64,000 bases of DNA from an uncultured bacterium (GTDB taxonomy: Bacteria; Zixibacteria; MSB-5A5; GN15; FEB-12). Numbering within the stretch: the stretch's first letter is position 1; the number at the start of each line of letters is the position of its first letter. Below are positions 8,303 to 17,119 of the stretch, piece by piece. Under the pieces are notes generated by a model that worked only from the letters and a program-made list of their open reading frames with translations, was not told the origin of the DNA and made no database searches. Location: positions 118,588-182,587 of the forward strand of contig CBFDBU010000001.1 in the NCBI GenBank assembly GCA_965603125.1, written 5' to 3'. The position numbers and the translations under genes were made by a program.

Positions 8303-11300
8303 ATGTCAAGATACCTGGAAACAGACATCCTGAGCACTTCCGGCAGACTGGGATCGGTTCTGAAGGAGTTCCCGGAAACAGTCCCTTTCGGGAAACTGAC
8401 AGAGACGCTCACCGGGTCATCTTCGTTGACCGTCACCGGTCTGGCTGGTTCATCGGCGGCCTTTCTGATTCGTAGCCTCGTAGACGAACTCAACAGGCCG
8501 CTCCTGGTGGTTGCTCCCGGCCCTGAAGAAGCCAACAATCTCTACGACGATCTGGCATTCCTCATGGGTGAGGGGATGGTGGGGCACTTTCCTTCGCGCC
8601 AGATTCTCCCTTATGATTTCCGAGCGCCGGTCGGTGAAATAATGGGACGGCGCATATCGACACTGGCCCGCATGTTGGAGGGATCGGTCGACGTGGTCGT
8701 CGGCAGCATCCGCGGACTGATGGAACCAACGATCGCGGTTGACTACCTGAGAGACAGCAAGATCAGCCTGTCAACCGGCGGCGAGGTGGACCTGGACGCC
8801 TTGGCCCGCCGACTCGTCCGCCTGGGATACTGTCGCGTACCGGTGGTTGAGGAAGTGGGGGATTTCGCCCTCCGGGGCGGACTGATCGACTTTTTGACGC
8901 CCGGTTCCGATGCTCCCATACGGGTAGAGCTTCTTGGGGACGAAGTTGACACGATCCGGGAGTTTGATGTCGCCACTCAACGGACGCTCAGGAAAATCGA
9001 CTCGGTCCGGGTCCTCCCCAGACGCGAGATCCCCATCACACAGGAGACGCTCGAGGATCACCTCGAAGCCCTGCCGGAGGGGGACGCCGACCTTCTAAGA
9101 GCCCGCTATCTGAACGACCCGGAACTTCCTGGCCTGGAGTGGCTTGCGGTTCTCTTCGGCCTCGACCACAGTAGCCTGCTCGATTACTTCGACAGCCAGG
9201 GCATTATCTACATGCAGGGTGAAGGCAGCCTAAAATCCGAGGCCGAGGCGATTATCAAGGAGGCTCACAGTCTCCACGACCGGCTTAAGAGCCGTTTCAC
9301 GCGTCTCCCTCAACCGCAGGAATACTACCGGGCTCCTGACAGTTTGTTTGCAACCATCTCTACACATGTTACCATTGACCAGGTTCCCTTCCGCGGCGGG
9401 CGCAAGGACATTGTTGATTTCGGCTGCCTGCCCCATCCCTCACTGGGCTCGCGGCTGGACCTCCTGGAACGGACACTCAAGGAATTCGAGGCGGCCGGGA
9501 CGCGTTACCTGATCGTCACCGATACCTCGGGCCAGGCAGCCCGGCTGTCCGAACTGCTCGCGGAGAGGGTGGCCTTTGAGATCGAACCGGCAGTAGAGGT
9601 GGCCTGTCTGACCAGTGGGTTTGTTTGCCCCGGCGGCCGGTTCGCCGTTCTGACCGATCACGAGATATTCAGCCGTTACCACCGCCGCGTTCGCCGCAAG
9701 AAGTTCAAGGAAGGTGTGGCGATTTCCGACTACTCCCACCTGTCTGTGGGAGACCACGTGGTACACACCGATCACGGCATTGCGCGGTATCTCGGACTGA
9801 AGACAATCCAGGTTGACCACACCAACCGCGACTGCCTTCTTCTCCAGTACGCGGAGAACGACCGCCTCTATGTACCCATCGAGGAGTTCAATCGGGTTTC
9901 GAAATACAGCGGCAAGGACTCGGCGCCGCAACTCACCCGCTTAGGCGGCCCCGGCTGGGAAAAACTGAAGCGCAAGACAAAAAAGGCCATCGCCGATATG
10001 GCCGCCGATCTCATCAAGCTCTATGCCGAACGCAAGACTAAGGAGGGGTTTGCTTTCGGCGAGGACACCGTCTGGCTCAGGCAACTGGAGTCGTCCTTCC
10101 AGTACGAAGAGACGCCCGATCAGCTCAAGGCCATAAACGATGTCAAGTTTGACATGACCGGCGTTAAACCGATGGACCGTCTGGTCTGTGGCGACGTCGG
10201 CTACGGTAAAACGGAAGTGGCCGTGAGGGCCGCGTTCAAAGCTGCTGAAGCGGGCAAACAGGTGGTGGTGCTGGTGCCCACGACCATCCTGGCCCAACAG
10301 CACCTGCAGACGTTCTCGGATCGGCTTAAGGAGTTCCCGGTGCGGATTGAGATGCTCTCCCGGTTTCGCACGCGAAAGGAGCAATTGGAGACGCTCAGGG
10401 GCCTTGGCGAGGGAGCGGTGGACCTGGTCATCGGCACTCATCGGCTGCTGTCGAAGGATGTGCAATTCAAGGATCTGGGGCTTCTAATAGTCGACGAGGA
10501 ACATCGCTTCGGCGTGAGACACAAGGAGAAGCTACGACGCCTCAAGAGCACCGTCGATACGATCTCGATGACCGCCACACCCATCCCGCGCACCCTCCAG
10601 ATGTCAATGATGGGCGCCCGCGACATGAGCCTGATCAACACCTCTCCCAAAGACCGCCTGCCGATCATCACCGACATTGCCGAGTTTGATCCGGCTATAA
10701 TCGCTACCGCTATCCTGCGCGAGATTGACCGCGACGGACAGGTTTTCTTTGTCCACAACCGGGTGCAGACAATCGACGCCATGTACCGCTATCTGAAAAA
10801 GAACGTGCCCCAGGCCGAGATTGCCATCGCTCACGGGCAGATGCATGAGAAGTCGCTGGAAGGGATCATGCTGGCGTTCATGGCGGGACGTTTTAACGTG
10901 CTGTTGTGCACGTCAATAATCGAATCGGGGCTGGACATCCCCAGCGCCAACACGATCATAATCAACCGGGCCGACCGCTTCGGGCTGGCGCAATTGTACC
11001 AGATCCGCGGCCGCGTGGGGCGCTCGGCCCGTCGGGCCTACGCTTATCTCCTGGCGCCGCCGCCACGGTTGCTTCGCGCCGACGCCGTCAAGCGGCTCCG
11101 CGCCATAGAGGCGCATTCCGACCTCGGTTCCGGGTTTGCGCTGGCCATGCGCGATCTTGAGATTCGCGGCGCGGGCACGATCCTCGGCGCGCGGCAGTCC
11201 GGCTTCATCGAGGAGATCGGGTTTGACCTGTACAACAAGCTTCTGGAAGAAGCCGTGGCGGAACTGAAAGGCGGCGAAATCGTGCGGTTGCCTGAGGTGA

Positions 11301-11728
11301 AGCTGGAACTCGACATGGAGGTCCACATCAGCGACCGCTATGTCAATGATCGCCGCCAGAAAGTGGATATCTACCGCCGGCTGGCCGACTGTCGCAACCT
11401 GGACGACGTGGAGCGGATAAGAGATGAAATCTCCGACCGGTTTGGTAACCCGCCTCAATCGGCGGCCAATCTGATCGAGGCGACCGCGGTGAAGATATCG
11501 GCGGCCATGCTTGAAATCGAGCGCGTCAGATTCAAGAAGGGCGTCGCCGATCTCTTCTTCAGGGAGGGTCGCGCGCTTCAGCGATCCGAGGTGGAGGCTT
11601 TCCGCCGCGCCACCGATCAGCGGCTGGAGTTCTCGGTCGTCGGCCGCGCACACGTTCAAGTCGACCTGGGTCAGGTTGCCGAGAACAACCGCCTCAACTA
11701 TCTGCGGGGCGTATTGGGGAAGATCTGA
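8303..11728 (+). CDS. mfd: Transcription-repair coupling factor
   Basis: 1141 aa. It has a UvrB-homology N-terminus, a CarD-like region (VGDHVVHTDHGIARYLG), helicase motifs (GDVGYGKTEVA, DEEH) and a TRCF C-terminal domain. Confidence 0.95.
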   Translation: MSRYLETDILSTSGRLGSVLKEFPETVPFGKLTETLTGSSSLTVTGLAGSSAAFLIRSLVDELNRPLLVVAPGPEEANNLYDDLAFLMGEGMVGHFPSRQILPYDFRAPVGEIMGRRISTLARMLEGSVDVVVGSIRGLMEPTIAVDYLRDSKISLSTGGEVDLDALARRLVRLGYCRVPVVEEVGDFALRGGLIDFLTPGSDAPIRVELLGDEVDTIREFDVATQRTLRKIDSVRVLPRREIPITQETLEDHLEALPEGDADLLRARYLNDPELPGLEWLAVLFGLDHSSLLDYFDSQGIIYMQGEGSLKSEAEAIIKEAHSLHDRLKSRFTRLPQPQEYYRAPDSLFATISTHVTIDQVPFRGGRKDIVDFGCLPHPSLGSRLDLLERTLKEFEAAGTRYLIVTDTSGQAARLSELLAERVAFEIEPAVEVACLTSGFVCPGGRFAVLTDHEIFSRYHRRVRRKKFKEGVAISDYSHLSVGDHVVHTDHGIARYLGLKTIQVDHTNRDCLLLQYAENDRLYVPIEEFNRVSKYSGKDSAPQLTRLGGPGWEKLKRKTKKAIADMAADLIKLYAERKTKEGFAFGEDTVWLRQLESSFQYEETPDQLKAINDVKFDMTGVKPMDRLVCGDVGYGKTEVAVRAAFKAAEAGKQVVVLVPTTILAQQHLQTFSDRLKEFPVRIEMLSRFRTRKEQLETLRGLGEGAVDLVIGTHRLLSKDVQFKDLGLLIVDEEHRFGVRHKEKLRRLKSTVDTISMTATPIPRTLQMSMMGARDMSLINTSPKDRLPIITDIAEFDPAIIATAILREIDRDGQVFFVHNRVQTIDAMYRYLKKNVPQAEIAIAHGQMHEKSLEGIMLAFMAGRFNVLLCTSIIESGLDIPSANTIIINRADRFGLAQLYQIRGRVGRSARRAYAYLLAPPPRLLRADAVKRLRAIEAHSDLGSGFALAMRDLEIRGAGTILGARQSGFIEEIGFDLYNKLLEEAVAELKGGEIVRLPEVKLELDMEVHISDRYVNDRRQKVDIYRRLADCRNLDDVERIRDEISDRFGNPPQSAANLIEATAVKISAAMLEIERVRFKKGVADLFFREGRALQRSEVEAFRRATDQRLEFSVVGRAHVQVDLGQVAENNRLNYLRGVLGKI

Positions 11729-11807
11729 GCCTGAGCGGCAGGTTCTTGAATTCAACCGGAACAAGACCGAGCTTGAATTGTACCCATCAATGCGCTATAA
11801 TTGACCG

Positions 11808-12689
11808 ATGACCAGAATACTCGAGAGAATGACGGTGCGAAAGGTCTTCGTACTAATGGTTGTCGTCCTTGTGGTTTCCTGCGGTAAGACGCCGGAAACG
11901 ACCGAGGAATTGACTAAGGCTGGCGAGCGAGCCTTTGTCGATGAAGATTACTACCAGGCGCGTCTGTACTTCTCGGAAGCATTGGCTGGGAAACCGTCTG
12001 ACGGCAGGCTTCTCTACCTGCTGGGGATGACCTATCATCGCGAGCTCATGTACGACTCAGCCGTTTTCTTTCTGAGGCGGGCCGACCTGCTTTACCCCAA
12101 CGATCGCGAGACTAACCTCATCCTGCACGAGGCAGCCACTGAAGCCCGGGACTGGGAGATCGCCCGCGGCGCCCTACGAGTGCTGATCGAGACCGGCGAC
12201 TCCGAAGACGACCATCTGGAGGAGCTGGCCCAACTGAGCCTGCTTCTGGAAGACTATGCCTATGCCAACTACTACTATCGCAAGCTGCTCGAGAAGGAAC
12301 CCAACAACCCCGACCGCTACATCCAGGTAGCCAATACCTGGGCCGAGCTGGGTTACATGAAGGAAGCCATTGCCGTGACCGACAGCGCTATCGAGGAGTT
12401 CGGGCCCCAGGAGCAATTTGTCTCCAATAAGGGGCTCTACTACGCGGTCAAAACGGATTATGAGACCTCGGAGCGGATTTTCCGCTCACTGCTCTCTCAG
12501 GACAGCACGGTACGTGAGTACCAGCTCAATCTGGCCAATGCGTTGGCTTCGCAGAAGGACCCGGAAAAGAAGCGCGAGGCGTACCGGATCTACCGGGACC
12601 TTCAGACGGTAGCCGGCGCCGAGCTTCGAATAGACTCCATGATCTCTGTCCTGGAAACGGAGTTGGGGATTGAGAGGCCTCGAAAATAG
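11808..12689 (+). CDS. TPR-repeat lipoprotein
   Basis: Has a lipobox-like LVVSCGK after a hydrophobic N-terminus, followed by several TPR-like repeats (YYQARLYFSEALAGKPSD...). Confidence 0.7.
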   Translation: MTRILERMTVRKVFVLMVVVLVVSCGKTPETTEELTKAGERAFVDEDYYQARLYFSEALAGKPSDGRLLYLLGMTYHRELMYDSAVFFLRRADLLYPNDRETNLILHEAATEARDWEIARGALRVLIETGDSEDDHLEELAQLSLLLEDYAYANYYYRKLLEKEPNNPDRYIQVANTWAELGYMKEAIAVTDSAIEEFGPQEQFVSNKGLYYAVKTDYETSERIFRSLLSQDSTVREYQLNLANALASQKDPEKKREAYRIYRDLQTVAGAELRIDSMISVLETELGIERPRK

Positions 12690-12693
12690 GAGA

Positions 12694-12719
12694 GGGCAGG
12701 ATTATTGCTAATCCTGCCC
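12694..12719 (+). terminator. Strong hairpin immediately after the TPR lipoprotein stop codon (no clear U-tract)
   Basis: GGGCAGGATTA-ttgc-TAATCCTGCCC forms an 11-bp perfect stem starting 5 nt after the stop codon. Confidence 0.45.
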
Positions 12720-12964
12720 AACGCAGGGCTGTCTCCATGAAGAGACAGAGGGGGCTTTGCTTCATGTCGTCCCTTATAACGCAGAACAGCCTTGGTTTGT
12801 TCAATCATCCGCAAAAAAACTTTCGCCTTTCTCGACCCCCGGTAGTCCCGGCATCATGCACCACAATAAGCGGGCGGGCCGTCTTCTCACTACGGCCCAC
12901 CACTGCGAAAGCCTCTGCAACCCGTTGTGCAGAGTAATCTTGCCGTAAATACCCAGCCCGGGCG

Positions 12965-14083
12965 TCAGAAACCTTCGTGGTTATCGTCGGGTTCCGGATT
13001 GATGCTGTTGCATCGCAGTTTCCACCGGCCCTGCAGGAAGCCGTTTTTGAACCAGGGATGTGACCGATACTTGCCTCTCAGCACCCCGATTTCGACACCA
13101 TCGGCATCATAGATGCCGCCCTGAAACCAGCCGCCGGAGCGCCGGTGGGCATGACCGTCGGCATTCCGGTTAGCGTGGTGATCGTATGTGCCGCGGATAA
13201 ATCCCTCAAACTGCCCGTTGCGGGAGACCAACTTGCCGAAAATGACCTTATGACCGTCCTCGTTGACACCGAAGTGCCCCCTTACATAACCGGCAGCCTG
13301 CCCGTAGCGTGATCTCCAGACAGCGCGGAATCGACCCTCGTCGTTCTCGTTATAGCCCCAGCGGCCGGTGAGAAACCCGCGCCTACAGGTCACATGGTCC
13401 AGCTTGAAGGCGTGGAAAGCAACCGCGTTCGAGTCTTCGAGGTATACGATCGTATCCAGGGACATCAACTCCTCAAGGCTGAATGCCCGGTTGTAAGGAC
13501 CGGTCTCAAAAGTGACGGTCACCGGCTCCGGGCCCACGGCGTCGGTGTCGGGCGGAATAAGGATGTCCACCGCAATGCCGTCATTGTGAACGGTGGTGAA
13601 TGACACCCACTCGATCAGGGCCGGGTCGGTCCGGGTGGGGATATAATCCTGACCCAATTCGAAATGGATCACCCGGCGAATAATCTCCACTCCACGCGAT
13701 ACCGTTAGTGATCCGGTCCAGTCTGTCACCTCGGTCACGGTCCAGTCACACCGGAATTTGCCGCAGAGGATCCTCATCTGATAGCGACCCGCCTCGGAGT
13801 CCTCGGACGTCAGCAGGTCCACGCCCGGTGACAATAGAATGGGATCGTCGTATTCCTCGTCAGCTTCGGCTTCGCTTAAGAGTTCCGTATCGCCAAAAGC
13901 GGGTTTCTCGGCTGCGGAAGTGTATCCGCCAAACGGGTCCTCAAGATTCAGCGTCCCGGATTCGGTGGCCGACTCGGTTCCTCTGTCCGAGCAGCCGGCA
14001 GTCCAGATCATCAGGGCAGCCAAAAGGATCAGCGGCAATAGTCTCTTGATCACGTCACACACTCCTTGTTTTGGTGCTTGCAT
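12965..14083 (-). CDS. Lipoprotein with C-terminal Gly-aromatic short repeats, function unknown
   Basis: Lipobox LMIWTAGCSD. The C-terminal part carries at least 6 repeats of the form G-[FYWV]-x-x-G-x-[WFY] (GFLTGRW, GYVRGHF, GFIRGTY, GWFQGGIY, GVLRGKY, GFLQGRW). Confidence 0.65.
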   Translation of the reverse strand: MQAPKQGVCDVIKRLLPLILLAALMIWTAGCSDRGTESATESGTLNLEDPFGGYTSAAEKPAFGDTELLSEAEADEEYDDPILLSPGVDLLTSEDSEAGRYQMRILCGKFRCDWTVTEVTDWTGSLTVSRGVEIIRRVIHFELGQDYIPTRTDPALIEWVSFTTVHNDGIAVDILIPPDTDAVGPEPVTVTFETGPYNRAFSLEELMSLDTIVYLEDSNAVAFHAFKLDHVTCRRGFLTGRWGYNENDEGRFRAVWRSRYGQAAGYVRGHFGVNEDGHKVIFGKLVSRNGQFEGFIRGTYDHHANRNADGHAHRRSGGWFQGGIYDADGVEIGVLRGKYRSHPWFKNGFLQGRWKLRCNSINPEPDDNHEGF

Positions 14084-14254
14084 CTTTGGTTTCTGCCGGC
14101 CACTTTAACAAAAAGTTGCACCGGATTCCCCGATTATTGTTAATTTACTCTGCGCCAATGACTTTCGCTTGCGTACGGAGGGCAGAGACAGCCCGCTTGA
14201 TGAACACGACCGATGCCAACAACCACAACCTTAATACCCGACTAAGCAAAGGCC

Positions 14255-15199
14255 TCAGCAGCACCGGGAGATGATCCCACCGGCCTCGTCCAGTCTGGCC
14301 TGGGCTGCTTTTTTGTCACAGCCAAGCTTGTGCATCACAATGGCCAGTTTGACTGACCCTCCGGAACGCGTCAGCAGGTCGCTGGCCTTGTGGAGGTCAA
14401 TCTCAAGGAGTTCCATCAGGATTTTGCGCGAGCGCGCCGCCAGTTTTTCCGACCTCGCCTGCAGGTCAACCATGAGGTTGCCGTAGGTCTTGCCCAGCAG
14501 CACCATGGCCGTGGTGGAGATCATGTTCAAGGCCATCTTCTGGGCGGTGCCGGACTTCATCCGGGTGGAGCCGCAGATCGCTTCCGGACCGACCGGCAGC
14601 GGGATAACGAGGTCAACGCCGGTCGGGATATCCCCCCCTTCGTTGCAGATTATGAACACCGTCCTGGCGCTTGCCTGACGGGCGTATTCGAGCCCCGCCA
14701 GAGTATAGGGCGTGCGCACCGAAGCGGCCAGCCCGGCGACGAAATCGCCGCTTGACAGCCCGTGCTCCTGCAGATCGCGGACAGCGGCGTTACGGTCGTC
14801 CTCGACGCCTTCCTTTGAAAGCACCAGCGTGTCATAGCCGCCGGAAATGATCCCCGTGATCTGATTCGGCTCGGTGCCGAAAGTGGGTGGGCATTCGGCT
14901 GCGTCCAGCACCCCCAGTCGACCGGACGTACCGGCGCCGATGTAGAAAACCCGCTTCCCCTGCCGCAGGGTATGGGCAAACATCTCGGCCGCCTGCGCAA
15001 TGAGCGGGAGAGCCTGCTCGACCACGGCGGCTATGGTCTTATCCTCATGGTTGATCTTGCGAGCGATCTCCAGCGCCGGCAGTCGGTCAATGTCGACCGT
15101 TCCCGGATTGACCTGTTCGGTTCCCAGGCGGCGCAGTTGCCGAATGAGTCTGTCATAGTCGGTCACGGACGGAAGTAAGCAGCCGCCCGCCGGGCGCAC
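14255..15199 (-). CDS. murQ: N-acetylmuramic acid 6-phosphate etherase
   Basis: SIS-domain protein with IGAGTSGRLGVLDAAECPPTFG and GSTRMKSGTAQKMALNMIST, both typical of MurQ. Confidence 0.85.
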   Translation of the reverse strand: MRPAGGCLLPSVTDYDRLIRQLRRLGTEQVNPGTVDIDRLPALEIARKINHEDKTIAAVVEQALPLIAQAAEMFAHTLRQGKRVFYIGAGTSGRLGVLDAAECPPTFGTEPNQITGIISGGYDTLVLSKEGVEDDRNAAVRDLQEHGLSSGDFVAGLAASVRTPYTLAGLEYARQASARTVFIICNEGGDIPTGVDLVIPLPVGPEAICGSTRMKSGTAQKMALNMISTTAMVLLGKTYGNLMVDLQARSEKLAARSRKILMELLEIDLHKASDLLTRSGGSVKLAIVMHKLGCDKKAAQARLDEAGGIISRCC

Positions 15200-15261
15200 A
15201 ACAAAAACCCGGCGAAGGGTCAGACTCGCCGGTTGCCGTCATCGAATTGAGGGTGTGGTCG

Positions 15262-16080
15262 TCACTGTAGAACAGTGACATGAACCGAGTCGCGCAGAGC
15301 CACCGTAACCGCCCCAAAGCAGCCGGTCAGCCGCTCCCGGTCGATATTGTCCGGCGGTTGGCCGGGCATGGGCACCGGCAGCATCCCGGCTGACAGACTG
15401 CTGTCAGGGACACCGGTGTAGGCATAGACGTAGACAAAATACCAGCCGGTGTCGGGATTGATTCCGTCAGACCAGCGAAAGGCGCCCGGCGGGATCGTCT
15501 CGGTGGTCGACTGGTTGCTCACCCAGGCGCTGTAACCGTGAGCATGATAGGCCATGTATCGAGGCACGGTCGCCACCACGTAGCCGTCGGCCGTCAGCGA
15601 ACCGGTCCAGGTCAGCAGCATCTCGGTCCCGCCCGGGTTTTCACGATTGGGGGGAACAGTGATCCCGATCGAAAAGGTGTCGGCCACGTAGGCCTCGACG
15701 CTGTCCCGATACAAAGACGAGTCCCGTATCTGCAGGTAGTAACTACTCTCAGGATAAACACTCTCGGGAACCACCGTCATCTGATAGACGTCGTCAAGAT
15801 ACGTGAGCGTGTCGTCCCCGAACAGTATATCCGCCGTTGCCAGCGTCGAATCCTCGCGCCACAAGGCAACTTCACTGTGACAGGAGTAGCGGTTCACGTC
15901 TTTGACAAAGAAGCCGCTCAGACGATAAGCGGCGTCTTCAAGCGAATCACTCCTGTTGGGAGCTCTGTTGCAGCCGACCGCGAGGAACGTCGCCGCGAGC
16001 ATGATGGTCGCCGGGGTCACCGGTGACATCTGTATCTTGTTCAACCTCATTGGTATCATTAATCGGCAGTTGACAGCCAA
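15262..16080 (-). CDS. Hypothetical lipoprotein
   Basis: A hydrophobic N-terminus ends in FLAVGCNR, which looks like a lipobox. No recognisable domain. The start codon is uncertain because there are several in-frame Met codons. Confidence 0.55.
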   Translation of the reverse strand: MAVNCRLMIPMRLNKIQMSPVTPATIMLAATFLAVGCNRAPNRSDSLEDAAYRLSGFFVKDVNRYSCHSEVALWREDSTLATADILFGDDTLTYLDDVYQMTVVPESVYPESSYYLQIRDSSLYRDSVEAYVADTFSIGITVPPNRENPGGTEMLLTWTGSLTADGYVVATVPRYMAYHAHGYSAWVSNQSTTETIPPGAFRWSDGINPDTGWYFVYVYAYTGVPDSSLSAGMLPVPMPGQPPDNIDRERLTGCFGAVTVALRDSVHVTVLQ

Positions 16081-16477
16081 AGTCTTAGCTGGTTGTTATA
16101 CACTCCAAGGGTCGTCGCTGTCTGGCTGCCGGGCAACCCGAAAACCAGAATCTCGGAGTCGAGGCAGTGCCATCCCCGGCCGGCTGAGCGCTGCTGAGCG
16201 GGCCGCGGATTACCGGCGATGCCGGAGCAACAATCGCTCGGCAAACTTGTGAGCCATGACTGTGTCGGGCCCCGGGGACGGGGTAAAGGTGCGAACACTG
16301 CGGCAAAACAGGGTTTTAAGTCAAAAAATATGTGGATTTTATGAATTTAGGAAACTATACTTAGTGTTTGATCGTTGTTACAGTTTGAGACCAGGCCTAT
16401 AAAAGCTCAGGCGACCGGATCACTGAGCACATGATCATACAACAGTGTCGCCTGTATTGTCCCCGTGCCGTTCCCCT

Positions 16478-16500
16478 CCCCCGGCGCGGGGGCTTTTTTT
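16478..16500 (+). terminator. Orphan Rho-independent terminator
   Basis: CCCCCG-gcg-CGGGGG followed by C and T7 (16494-16500). No protein gene precedes it on the plus strand. An AT-rich tract lies 60-170 nt upstream. Confidence 0.6.
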
Positions 16501-16659
16501 GTTCTCCTGGAATCTGGGGGGTAGCCGAGACAGGCTCCACCGGGCTGTACGTGCAGGAGAGGCTGTTGGATAGACTAGGCTCCGGCGACCGGCCTTGCGG
16601 GCAACGGGGTCGAAAATACCTTTCCGGCAGTTTTCAAACCGCATCTGCCGGTCAGAACG

Positions 16660-17031
16660 TCAGGATCGCGGTGATCTCACCCGGCAAGGCTTATCTGAAC
16701 AGAGGCGGGGACGATACCTCTCAAACACCGACGACTTGAAAATACCTCGCCGAAGTCGGGGAATCGACAACCCTCCCAGCCAACCGTAGCTCGTCAGCAA
16801 GTCCCGAACGTAACTCCCATTCCGATAGTTACGTCGCTTTCCGCTCCGCTTGTAACGACCACAACCAACCTGCGCCGTTAACTCCACCTCCATCGCCCGC
16901 TCCAAGCGCCGCTTCACGAAACGCTTCGTCTCTCCCTCAAGATCACGCCAAATCGACTTGACTCCCAACCAACGACGGAATAGATTCTTCTGTGAGAAGT
17001 CCATTTCTCGCATGGGCATATCCTCCTTCAA
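16660..17031 (-). pseudogene. Truncated IS256-family (mutator-type) transposase, N-terminal ~100 aa only
   Basis: The translation RRLERAMEVELTAQVGCGRYKRSGKRRNYRNGSYVRDLLTSYGWLGGLSIPRLRRGIFKSSVFERYRP resembles the IS256 transposase N-terminus (...ELT..LG..RYERS..R.YRNG.Y.R.L.T..G...L.VPR.R.G.F...L.ERY.RR). Similarity is lost after that point, whereas a full-length enzyme is about 400 aa. Confidence 0.6.
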
Positions 17032-17095
17032 AACGGTTAATTGGATATGCCCTAATTCTATGGCAAATACCTCCTAAATTTACCCAGAAGAATTT
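16716..17095 (-). mobile_element. IS256-family insertion sequence remnant (one end plus the 5' part of the transposase gene)
   Basis: This is the extent of the transposase-like coding similarity plus about 70 nt of AT-richer leader (17032-17095). It abuts the stop codon of the S8 protease gene. Boundaries are approximate and no second end was found. Confidence 0.45.
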
Positions 17096-17119
17096 ACGCA
17101 ATACTCGCGCTTCTGGCCG

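Noticed and set aside
16085-16306. Possible housekeeping ncRNA (SRP RNA, 6S, tmRNA, RNase P) in the GC-rich gap after the 15262..16080 gene. I also scanned the whole window for tRNA-like GGTTCGAATCC T-arm motifs.
   Set aside because: I found no conserved cores (no SRP GGAA/AGCA symmetric loop context, no tmRNA tag ORF or tRNA-like end, no T-arm consensus). The two overlapping 73-79-aa ORFs there also look spurious, so the region is left unannotated.
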